Positions 45,590 to 54,802 of a stretch of 64,000 nucleotides of DNA are shown piece after piece. The notes below the pieces were generated by a model that saw only the letters and a program-made list of their open reading frames with translations, was not told where the DNA came from and did not search any database. Within the stretch, counting starts at the first letter, position 1. Each line of letters opens with the position of its first letter. This stretch comes from a virus. Taxonomy: Duplodnaviria; Caudoviricetes. The stretch covers positions 832 through 64,831 of IMG/VR virus record IMGVR_UViG_3300020385_000660; one strand, 5' to 3'. A program made the position numbers and the translations under genes.

Positions 45590-48500
45590 TGGAAAAAAGA
45601 TTTGTAAAAGGGTTATTTAAAGATACTGGCCATTTAGATCAGCCAGAAGGCACTTGGCGGTATGCAAAAAACGCTGTTTTAAATAATACGAAAGGCGCTA
45701 TATCTAATGAAAAAGGTAATAAGTGGACTACTAAAATACCTATAGGGTATAGAGTATTAGGCTCTATCAGTATATCTGATGGTAAAATAGTTTTATTTTT
45801 AATTAGTGTAGATTTAGACAATTCTTTTTCTGAAATTGGAATTTTTGAAAATGATGTTTATACTACAATGTTTGTTAGTCCTGTTACAGAAGATAAGCAG
45901 CATTTAAATTTTGATATACTTAAACCAATTGAAGGTACATTTAAAGTTGATTCAAAAGGAGATTTAATGGTTTATTGGGTAGATGATTTAAATCCTCCAA
46001 GAGCATTTAATTTATCAAGACAACAAAGATCTTTAGATATTTTTAATAATACTTCACTTCTTTATGGTATAGTAAATCCATCTGATTCTGTAACCCATAT
46101 AGGATTATTAGATCTTTTTCCTAATTCTGGGAGAGTCCCAAGGTTTTCTAATGAAGTAATTAGTTCTGGAGGAGCTTTGTTATCTGGTGTTTATTATTTA
46201 GCCTTAGCATATGTTGATGAAGATTTAGTAGCAACAAATTATTTAAATATTTCTAATCCTATTTCTATTGTAGAAGAGTCTTCTGAGACTCGTCCTACTA
46301 CGAATATTGATGGAGCTAGAGCAGGTAATCAAACATCTAAAGCAATTACTTGGAGAATAAGAAATATTAATAGCGATTATAAATTTATTAGAGCTGCAAT
46401 TGTAAGAAAAAAAGGTGAGGCTGTAGATGTATTTAGGTTAAATGATATTGCTATAAATGTTACGAATAGTGGTAGTGTGCAGTTAATAACATTTACTGGA
46501 ACAGAGTCTATTTCTCCTGGATCTCCAGAAGAGATAATGATAGACACTATAGGGTATGAAAGCGCTAAGACTATAAATCAGCTAGACAATATTTTATATG
46601 TAGGTAATGTAAAAAGCACTAAAGATGTAGGGTATCAACAATATGCCAATGCCATTAGATTAGAATCTTCTATAACTTCAATAGGATCTTTTGATCCTTT
46701 TTATGCAACACAAGATAATTTTGAAACTGGATTTAGTAATACTCCTATTGATATGGGGCACAATGTTGATGAAAGTAAATCTTACAGAAATAATGCAAAG
46801 AACTCTAGATTAAGAGGATATTTAAGAGACGAGACATATGCTTTTTATATCGCATTTATTCTTAATGATGGAAGCATGTCATATGCTTATCATATACCTG
46901 GTAGGGCGCAATTATATCATGAAGAAACAACAGCTATTGCTTCTACTGGAGGAGTATTTAATGAAGAAAACTTAGATTTAGAAAATGCAAAAAGATTCCA
47001 TATAAAAGATTTTAGTGATCCAAATGCACAGGCTAATTTTGTTTCTAATCATCCGTTAGCTTACCCTGAGCAACAAATGAATTATTGGATGAATGCAACT
47101 GAAATGTACCCTAATACTCCTGATTTTGATATATTTAAAATTGTAGGTACTTTAAATATAGACGGTACTGTTACTGGCGCTGAACGTGCTATGACTGTTA
47201 ATGGTAATGCATCCATAACATTAAGAGATAAAAATGTTAGACATCATCATTTCCCATCTAATGATAATTATTATAGAAAAAGTATTGGAAACGGAAACGC
47301 AGTTACTAGTAGTCAAGCAGCTTTACATACACAAGAATTTGATGCTCAAGTAAATTTTACAGGTACTTATAAATTTAGAAGGAATACAAGTTCGGGTAGT
47401 AAATACCATGATATAACAGGGGGGACAGCTGCAAACGAAATTAAATATACTGGGGACAATATGGGAACTGCGCTAACATCTGAGTGGAGCCCTCCGCTTC
47501 GGTGGCAAGATGTTGATTTAAGTGGTATGACAGACGGTAATGTTACAGATACAACTATATTTTCATCTAATTCCTCAGTAGATGGTGTATCTACATCTGG
47601 GCTTTATAGTGGAGATACTGGAGTATTTACAGCTAATCAAAATATGTTAATTGATAACATGTCTTATAAATCTTATTATAGAAGAGATGCGGGAGATGGT
47701 CAATTTAATACATTTAAAACAAGGGTAGTTATTGAAAAAGTAAGTACTGGGCAGAAATATTTTGCTGGAACTGATCATCAAGTATCTGGAGATGACTGGG
47801 GAATTAATAGTAATTATAATTCGACTTGGTCATACAATAAATATGACTATAACCAAAAATCTGGTATTAATACTATGCATCCAAACTCTACTAGTAATGG
47901 AACTGTTAGTGGAGAGCCTGTGCCTATAGAGCTTACTTCTGGAGACAGAATGTGGTTAGAGTGCAGAGCTTTTGTGGGATCTAGTCCAGGGTTTTGGGTT
48001 AGGCAAGCAAATACAGATGAAATGCATGGAGGTGACTACAGTTACTGGCAGTTCGATATAGATACTACACCTTCTACAGATTTCCTTACTACGGCTAACG
48101 ATGTTAAAATAGCGCATAATGTTTATGCTTTAGGGTTTCATTTAGATGACATAAAAATACCAAAATCTATTGCAGATAAAGTTCAAGGTTTTAGAATTTA
48201 CAGAGCTAAAAGAGATATTAAAAATCAAACTATTTTAGGTCAAAGTGTTGTAGTACCTATGACAAAAGAAACATCTCAAATAGGTATGTGCTCAGAGGCT
48301 ATGCAAGCAGAAGGTGCAGAAAGTATTATGCAGGCTGTAAGTTCAGAAACAGAAGTTTTTTATAAAACATCTCCTTGGCCAGATTCAGCCTCATCTTATG
48401 GTTCTACAGGCTACACACATTTTACTTTTCATGATTTTAATTTACTCAGAACTAAAAATAGTTTATCTGGAGCAACTCATATTAAGCCTATTTATATGGT

Positions 48501-51500
48501 TAATAATCTTGTTTGGAACGGTCCAACCTTGAAACAAGATAAAAAAATGGTTACTACAGTTGTAAGTGTAAATGATGATACGCCTGACACACTAAAAGAA
48601 CTTTGGGGGTATGATACAGAATTTAACTGTTATAGTGAAGAAATAAAGTCTGCTATTTTTATAGGATTAAACTACAGATTTAATGTGCAAACAAGTGCTT
48701 GGGCAGCAGATGTAGAGTCTCACAGATACCCTAGAATGTTAGCTCAAAAAGCTAAAACTTATTTACTAGGTGATACTATATTTGAAGGAGAGGCTTTAGG
48801 TTTTGGAGGTAAAATATTTAATGAATATGGAGAATCTTGCATTGCATTAGCATTAAAAAATAATCAAGGGTTACCAGCATTAAAATGTACTCCTGACGGG
48901 GTTCAATCAGATTATTCAGATTATTTTGGGTACGCTCACCCAGACGCTCCATCGTGGCTTGTAAATCATAGTTTAATATCTACTTCGGCTACTGCGGGTA
49001 GTGATGCTGGTGTTCAAGCAGCTAGTAGGTATTACAACTACATGGTTAATTTGCATGCTCACAAAACCGATATATATAAATCTCTTGATAGTCAAGAACT
49101 AGTTTATACGGGATTTGAAATATTAGGAGATGATTTAAAGAATTTTGTTTTTATTGATGACGAGAATGATCCAAATTATCTACAGCATGTGCATGCAGGA
49201 GACTTAATAAGTAATGGGTTATTAGCAAGCACTTTATATTCTACTAAATTAGGTAATACATTTGATGAGCCTGCAAGAAATTGGACGGGAGGAATCTATG
49301 GAGGAGATACTTTTTTAACTAGACATGGATTTGTTTCAACTTTAACTCCAAGTGATGCTAACACAACTTCTGAACCTACAAAAGCTATTTATTATAATAT
49401 TGTTGAAAGTAAAGACAACATAAACTTTAGACATTCTGAAGATGGTGATTCTCTTTATTTTCCAGGTACTCCTGCAAAAACTATATTAAAAAAATCTGGC
49501 CATAAAGATTATTCACATTTTGATAATATAAAATATAATGATAATTATTCTGCTGATAATGATGTTAGACCTGCAGTACCTTTGCCTGTAAGGGAAATTA
49601 AACAAGTATCTTTTCCTACAAGAGCGCATAGAAGTGCTATGGCAGATAATACAAGTTTAATTGATAATTATAGAATATTCTTAGCTAATCAATATAAAGA
49701 TCTCCCTAAAAATAGAGGAGATTTATTTAAGCTTTCTTCATTTAACAATTTGCTTTATTTCCATATGCAGAATAGTTTGTATGCTACAAAAGGTAAACAA
49801 ACAATGGAAATGAAAGATGGGTCTGAAGCGTTTATTGGTAGTGGTGATATATTTGTTCAACCGCCAGATGAAATATTACAAACCAAATTAGGTTATGGTG
49901 GAACTCAATCTCAACGAGCTGCTATAACAACTAGATATGGTTACTTTTTTGTAAATAAAATTTCTAAAAAAGTATTTATGATGTCTGACAAACTTAATGA
50001 TATTAGTGAGTTAGGGATGGATAACTGGTTTTTTGAAAATTTAGATTTTCATTTAGAGCGTTGGGGGTTCCCTGATAACGTAGATAACCCTGTAATTGGG
50101 GTTGGGCTACACTCTGTTTGGGATTCTATACAAAAACGTATTCTATTAACAAAGAATGATTTAAAACCTACAACAGTATTTAGACAAAAATACCAATTGT
50201 ATTTAGATAATGGTAAAGATACTCCTGACGCTGTATGGTATAATTCTGAAACTGGGTATTATCATAAAACTGAAATAGTTACAGGAAGCACAGATCCTGG
50301 CGTAGAGCCTCCAGAAATTTGGCAAACTTTTATGGATGGTACAGTCAATGGGTATGCTGGATTCTTACAAACTGCTATTAGTTATGAATATGGTGGGGCA
50401 GCAACAACTCCTATGTATATTCCTCTTACCGAGGAAAATACTAACCTTTCACAGAACAGTGGATGGTATATTCAGCCAGGTATGATGTTTGTGCTTATTC
50501 AGCCGACCGGGCTTGACAATCCATCAATGACTAATGTAAGTGTTTATGCAAATAGTGGTGAAAATGATACAGCTATATTTATTGAAGATGATTCTACGTG
50601 GCAACAAGAAAATTTAAATACAGCTGAATTAGGATTACAGCAATGGCATGGTTTAAATGTTTATGGGTATCATTTATACAACAATCCTACAACGATAGAA
50701 AGTATAAATTATGAAAAAATAAGTTATGAAGATATAAAATATTTTAAACCTGATGGATGGACGATTTCATTTTATCCAGAAATAAATGCTTGGGGTAGTT
50801 TCCATACATATTTACCGTATACTTATTTTACTAAGTTTAACGGATTATACTCTATGACTAGTGAAGCAACAAGACTGCAGGAGTATTTAGATCCTGAAAG
50901 CACATTAAGTGGGACAGAAAAGTTAAAAAATATTGATGCGTACATATGGAAACATTTAGTTAGTAGTCATGGTAAGTATTACTACGATCATGAAAATCTT
51001 TTAGGTCAAGAAAATGCTTGGATAGGCGGGAATGTTCCAGACTTGTTAACTATACATCCTTTTGAACTAGAATTTATAGATAACTCTAGAAAAGTTATGG
51101 ATTCTACTTTTTCTAGTATATCGTATACAGTAGATGTTATAGGTGATGAAAACAGCAATCTTTTAAATAATGGTTTTACAGATTTCTTTGTATATAATAC
51201 AAGACAAATATCTGGACAGACAGAATTAGAATATTTAGTTAATACTAGATTATCAGGGAATAATTGGAAAATTAACAGCTTTAGAGATATTGCAGAATTA
51301 GAACTTAATCAAGATTCTTATTATATGTCTACATCACTAAATGTAGTAGGTGTATTAAATGAAGGTACGCTAACTACATTAGAAAAACAGGCTATGTTTA
51401 ATGTTGATGGTATACATGAAATTATAAATAATTATTATATAAATGAAGACAAAGCTTGGAATTTACGTAGAAAATTTGTAGGTAAATGGCTAGGAATCCG

Positions 51501-51579
51501 ATTAATATGCGATAATATTAGAAATAATTCAGTAAATTTGTATACCGCTGAAACTGATGCTAGAAAATATTACAGATAA
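45589..51579 (+). CDS. tail stabilization / muzzle protein (P22 gp10-like) with insertions
   Basis: KGLFKD..QPEGTWRYAKN, VYWVDDLNPPRAFN, GYLRDETYAFYIAF, GYGGTQS, WTISF....AWGSFHTYLP. Confidence 0.82.
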   Translation: MEKRFVKGLFKDTGHLDQPEGTWRYAKNAVLNNTKGAISNEKGNKWTTKIPIGYRVLGSISISDGKIVLFLISVDLDNSFSEIGIFENDVYTTMFVSPVTEDKQHLNFDILKPIEGTFKVDSKGDLMVYWVDDLNPPRAFNLSRQQRSLDIFNNTSLLYGIVNPSDSVTHIGLLDLFPNSGRVPRFSNEVISSGGALLSGVYYLALAYVDEDLVATNYLNISNPISIVEESSETRPTTNIDGARAGNQTSKAITWRIRNINSDYKFIRAAIVRKKGEAVDVFRLNDIAINVTNSGSVQLITFTGTESISPGSPEEIMIDTIGYESAKTINQLDNILYVGNVKSTKDVGYQQYANAIRLESSITSIGSFDPFYATQDNFETGFSNTPIDMGHNVDESKSYRNNAKNSRLRGYLRDETYAFYIAFILNDGSMSYAYHIPGRAQLYHEETTAIASTGGVFNEENLDLENAKRFHIKDFSDPNAQANFVSNHPLAYPEQQMNYWMNATEMYPNTPDFDIFKIVGTLNIDGTVTGAERAMTVNGNASITLRDKNVRHHHFPSNDNYYRKSIGNGNAVTSSQAALHTQEFDAQVNFTGTYKFRRNTSSGSKYHDITGGTAANEIKYTGDNMGTALTSEWSPPLRWQDVDLSGMTDGNVTDTTIFSSNSSVDGVSTSGLYSGDTGVFTANQNMLIDNMSYKSYYRRDAGDGQFNTFKTRVVIEKVSTGQKYFAGTDHQVSGDDWGINSNYNSTWSYNKYDYNQKSGINTMHPNSTSNGTVSGEPVPIELTSGDRMWLECRAFVGSSPGFWVRQANTDEMHGGDYSYWQFDIDTTPSTDFLTTANDVKIAHNVYALGFHLDDIKIPKSIADKVQGFRIYRAKRDIKNQTILGQSVVVPMTKETSQIGMCSEAMQAEGAESIMQAVSSETEVFYKTSPWPDSASSYGSTGYTHFTFHDFNLLRTKNSLSGATHIKPIYMVNNLVWNGPTLKQDKKMVTTVVSVNDDTPDTLKELWGYDTEFNCYSEEIKSAIFIGLNYRFNVQTSAWAADVESHRYPRMLAQKAKTYLLGDTIFEGEALGFGGKIFNEYGESCIALALKNNQGLPALKCTPDGVQSDYSDYFGYAHPDAPSWLVNHSLISTSATAGSDAGVQAASRYYNYMVNLHAHKTDIYKSLDSQELVYTGFEILGDDLKNFVFIDDENDPNYLQHVHAGDLISNGLLASTLYSTKLGNTFDEPARNWTGGIYGGDTFLTRHGFVSTLTPSDANTTSEPTKAIYYNIVESKDNINFRHSEDGDSLYFPGTPAKTILKKSGHKDYSHFDNIKYNDNYSADNDVRPAVPLPVREIKQVSFPTRAHRSAMADNTSLIDNYRIFLANQYKDLPKNRGDLFKLSSFNNLLYFHMQNSLYATKGKQTMEMKDGSEAFIGSGDIFVQPPDEILQTKLGYGGTQSQRAAITTRYGYFFVNKISKKVFMMSDKLNDISELGMDNWFFENLDFHLERWGFPDNVDNPVIGVGLHSVWDSIQKRILLTKNDLKPTTVFRQKYQLYLDNGKDTPDAVWYNSETGYYHKTEIVTGSTDPGVEPPEIWQTFMDGTVNGYAGFLQTAISYEYGGAATTPMYIPLTEENTNLSQNSGWYIQPGMMFVLIQPTGLDNPSMTNVSVYANSGENDTAIFIEDDSTWQQENLNTAELGLQQWHGLNVYGYHLYNNPTTIESINYEKISYEDIKYFKPDGWTISFYPEINAWGSFHTYLPYTYFTKFNGLYSMTSEATRLQEYLDPESTLSGTEKLKNIDAYIWKHLVSSHGKYYYDHENLLGQENAWIGGNVPDLLTIHPFELEFIDNSRKVMDSTFSSISYTVDVIGDENSNLLNNGFTDFFVYNTRQISGQTELEYLVNTRLSGNNWKINSFRDIAELELNQDSYYMSTSLNVVGVLNEGTLTTLEKQAMFNVDGIHEIINNYYINEDKAWNLRRKFVGKWLGIRLICDNIRNNSVNLYTAETDARKYYR
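51532..51539 (+). promoter_or_regulatory. -7 promoter element before cargo genes
   Basis: TAAATTTG, 40 nt upstream of the first cargo ATG. Confidence 0.4.
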
Positions 51580-52535
51580 TGAAATATAAAAGTAAATATA
51601 AAAAAAGAAAAAAGTACAGTACTGGTGGGATGTATCAACCTAATGTTATAACACCCGGATTAAATCCTGGTAGCACTACTAATATAGTGTACAATGAGTC
51701 TGATCCTCAATTACAACAAGATAGAGAAGATAGATTAGAGTCAAAAGTAGATACACTGCAAAGTCGTACAAATTCATTTGTAGCAGATTATGAAAAACAA
51801 TTAGCTACAAATAAAGCAGAATTAGAAGCAAAGAATGCTCAATTTCAAGCAAAAACTAAAGCTGCAGAAAATATAGTAGGTCAAGGAACTAAAGCTATTA
51901 CTAGTCAACTTACTAAAAATGCTGCACAGAAAGCAGGACAACAAGTTACTGGGCAAGTAAGTAGAGGTGCTATGAGGTCTTTTGGTAGAGGTCTTAAAGC
52001 CGCTGCAAAAGGTAATCAAGGTAGAGCTGCTAGATTAGCAAAAAGATCAGCTAGTCGTGCGGTGCAAGGTAGAGCTGCAACAGCTGGTAAAGCAGCTAGT
52101 AAAGCAGGAGGTTTATTAAGTACAGGATCTTTGCTGAGTATTGGTGGACAAGCAGTATCAGCTTTATCAAACGATAATGATGCAACTAAATGGAATGCGG
52201 GAGAGGTTACAGGAGATATAGCTTCTGCAGCTGGTACTGGTATGATGTTAGGATCTGTTATTCCAGGAGTTGGTAATGTAGTTGGTGGTATTGTAGGTGG
52301 TTTATATGGTCTTGGTAAAGGTTTACTTGGACGTAGAAAAGCTCGTAAAATGAAAGCGGCTCAAGAGTCAGAACAAGCAAGTGCTTTAGCAAAACATAAT
52401 AGAGAAATACGAGAAGCCTATACACCTCAAGCAGCAGTAGCTAGAGCAGGTGAGATACAGCAGAAAACTACTTCTGGCTATGATACAGGTGTAAATATAT
52501 CAGCTAAATATGGGGGATTAAAAAAATATATATAA
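51579..52535 (+). CDS. ejected cargo protein with glycine-zipper hydrophobic helices
   Basis: AAGTGMMLGSVIPGVGNVVGGIVGGLYGLG; follows the muzzle gene. Confidence 0.7.
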   Translation: MKYKSKYKKRKKYSTGGMYQPNVITPGLNPGSTTNIVYNESDPQLQQDREDRLESKVDTLQSRTNSFVADYEKQLATNKAELEAKNAQFQAKTKAAENIVGQGTKAITSQLTKNAAQKAGQQVTGQVSRGAMRSFGRGLKAAAKGNQGRAARLAKRSASRAVQGRAATAGKAASKAGGLLSTGSLLSIGGQAVSALSNDNDATKWNAGEVTGDIASAAGTGMMLGSVIPGVGNVVGGIVGGLYGLGKGLLGRRKARKMKAAQESEQASALAKHNREIREAYTPQAAVARAGEIQQKTTSGYDTGVNISAKYGGLKKYI

Positions 52536-54802
52536 TGGAACCAGAAGAAGAAAAAAAAGAAAATAAAAAAGAAGGAATGTCTTGGCTTGAAAAGCTACAG
52601 CTATCATTAGATGCAGCTGGTATGGTTCCTGGGTATGGAGAGTTTGCAGATCTTGCAAATGCCGCTATTTATGGAATGCAAGGAGATTGGAAAAATGCAG
52701 GTATAAGTGCAGCAGCTATGATTCCGGTTGTTGGGAGTACAGGTACAGCAGCTAGATTAGCTTATAAAGGATCTAAAGTTGCAGCAGATGCATTGCCTGT
52801 AGTATCAAGAGTTAAAACTGCAAATCGTTTAAGTAAAAAAGGTGTTGATTACGCTATGCCTCCTTCAGTTCAAAAAAAGTGGGTAAAGAAAAGTAAACCT
52901 AAACCTGTACAATCTACTAATACTCCTGATCCTACTAAAAAAAGCGTTAAAGATTTCGCAAAAGGTGTAGGAAGTAAAGTGAATCCTAAGAATTGGAGCA
53001 CACCTATGAAACTAGGAGTTTTGCTAGGTGGAGGGTATGCTGGATATGAAACATTTTTTGGTGGCGATGACACTAAACCTAAAATTACTGATATGCCAGG
53101 ATTTTCTAATGACAATAAAGAAGTACCTAAATCTACTATTAAAAGAAATGCAGCAGGAGAATTAGAGTATATACAAGAAGAAGAGAAAGAGATGGGTATG
53201 GGTGGAATTGTGCAGCATGATGGAGGCGTGCAGAAGCCTATTACAGAACGTATGTCTGAATATGTTGGCAAATCTCATGCTGAAGGCGGTATTAAACTGC
53301 AACAATTACAAACTGGAGGACAAAAAATTGAAGTAGAAGGCGGGGAAATGGAATACTCAGACATGCCTATGTCTGATGGATCTAGTTCTGATTATATTTT
53401 TTCTGATAAATTAAAATACGGCGGAAGAACATTTGCTGATACAGCTAAAGTTATGGCAGAGGAAGGTGGTTCTGAAAAGCAGATTATGACCTTAGCTAAG
53501 ATGCAAGAAGCTGCTGCTAAAAATAAAGGAGAAGCAGGAAGAGATCCTAATATGATTATGGAAGAAGGTGGGGCAAAACCTCCATATGGAGGACTTAAAA
53601 AGATGGTTAATGGCGGGCCTGAACGTAAGAATTTAGGTAACGAAGGTATAGCTACTATGCAGCCTGGATTAGGTGGAGGATATTTTGGTAGCTCAGACGC
53701 AAATATGATAAGCGAAGAAGAAGAACGTAAAGATTTTTTTAATAGAAATAAGTCAATATTAAAAGATTTAGGAATTCATTCTTACCAAGACTATAACCCT
53801 TCGAAGCATGCTGAAATGTTTCAGAAAAAAGTTAATACTCACTATAAACAAAATTTTGAAAATAATGAAGAGCTGAGAACAGAGTTAGCAGGTAAAGGTA
53901 TTACAGATGCTGATGCATATATTAAAAGTGTTGGATTTGAAGGAAAAGGTGCTAGAGGTATAGATGGTGATCATGGGGAGTACACTAATAGTATAACTAC
54001 TGAAGTTGCAAAGCCTGCTGAAGATAAGGTTATTAATCAAGATGCAGGTGTATCTCAATCTTCTAATGATACTGGTACTGGAGGAGGTACTTCTGCGGGT
54101 GGAACACCTCAAGAAGAAGCTACTCCAACGTTTGAAGCTCCAGATAATACTATAGGGGATCTTGCTAATATGGCCGCTGTAGGAATGGCTTTAAGAGATA
54201 AACCTGATTACATGAAAAATCCTGAGTTAGTAAAGCCAGGAGTAGTTGTAGCAGGAAGAGAAGCTAAAGTAAATATGGATAGAGTAGATAACTCTGATTT
54301 ATTAGCTAGAAATGCTTCTGACGCAAATGCATTAAATAAAGCTATAGAAACTTCAGGTGGAGGCTCTAGTAATATTGCAAATAAAATAGCTGCATTTGCT
54401 AAAAAGAAACAAGCAGATAGAGAGATTAAGTCTGATCAAAATAGAACCAATGCGCAGATAAGTAATCAGGAAACAATAAAGAATGCAGAGATAGGTGCTA
54501 GAAATGTATCTAATGCTCTTAGCGCTAGTGATACTAATGCTAGAAATATATTAGCAGCAGATACAACTAATACACAGAATAAAATGGTTGTAGATGAGTT
54601 TAATAGAGGAGCTGACGCTGCGACGTTTGATAGAAAGTTAAATGCTGTAGAAACTGCCGCTGCTAATATTAATCAAATATATCGAGATAAAGCTCAATAC
54701 GCTTCTAACGAAAGGGTTGCTCAAGCTCAATCTGGTAAGACAGGTATATACGAAAGAGAGCTTATGACTTCACTACTTAATAAATTAAACAACAATGGCT
54801 AA
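52535..54802 (+). CDS. ejected cargo protein with N-terminal pre-toxin TG-like domain
   Basis: LDAAGMVPGYGEFADLANAAIYGMQGDWKNAGISAAAMIP; GKSHAEGGI..EVEGGE..YIFSDKL motif typical of crAss-like cargo. Confidence 0.72.
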   Translation: MEPEEEKKENKKEGMSWLEKLQLSLDAAGMVPGYGEFADLANAAIYGMQGDWKNAGISAAAMIPVVGSTGTAARLAYKGSKVAADALPVVSRVKTANRLSKKGVDYAMPPSVQKKWVKKSKPKPVQSTNTPDPTKKSVKDFAKGVGSKVNPKNWSTPMKLGVLLGGGYAGYETFFGGDDTKPKITDMPGFSNDNKEVPKSTIKRNAAGELEYIQEEEKEMGMGGIVQHDGGVQKPITERMSEYVGKSHAEGGIKLQQLQTGGQKIEVEGGEMEYSDMPMSDGSSSDYIFSDKLKYGGRTFADTAKVMAEEGGSEKQIMTLAKMQEAAAKNKGEAGRDPNMIMEEGGAKPPYGGLKKMVNGGPERKNLGNEGIATMQPGLGGGYFGSSDANMISEEEERKDFFNRNKSILKDLGIHSYQDYNPSKHAEMFQKKVNTHYKQNFENNEELRTELAGKGITDADAYIKSVGFEGKGARGIDGDHGEYTNSITTEVAKPAEDKVINQDAGVSQSSNDTGTGGGTSAGGTPQEEATPTFEAPDNTIGDLANMAAVGMALRDKPDYMKNPELVKPGVVVAGREAKVNMDRVDNSDLLARNASDANALNKAIETSGGGSSNIANKIAAFAKKKQADREIKSDQNRTNAQISNQETIKNAEIGARNVSNALSASDTNARNILAADTTNTQNKMVVDEFNRGADAATFDRKLNAVETAAANINQIYRDKAQYASNERVAQAQSGKTGIYERELMTSLLNKLNNNG

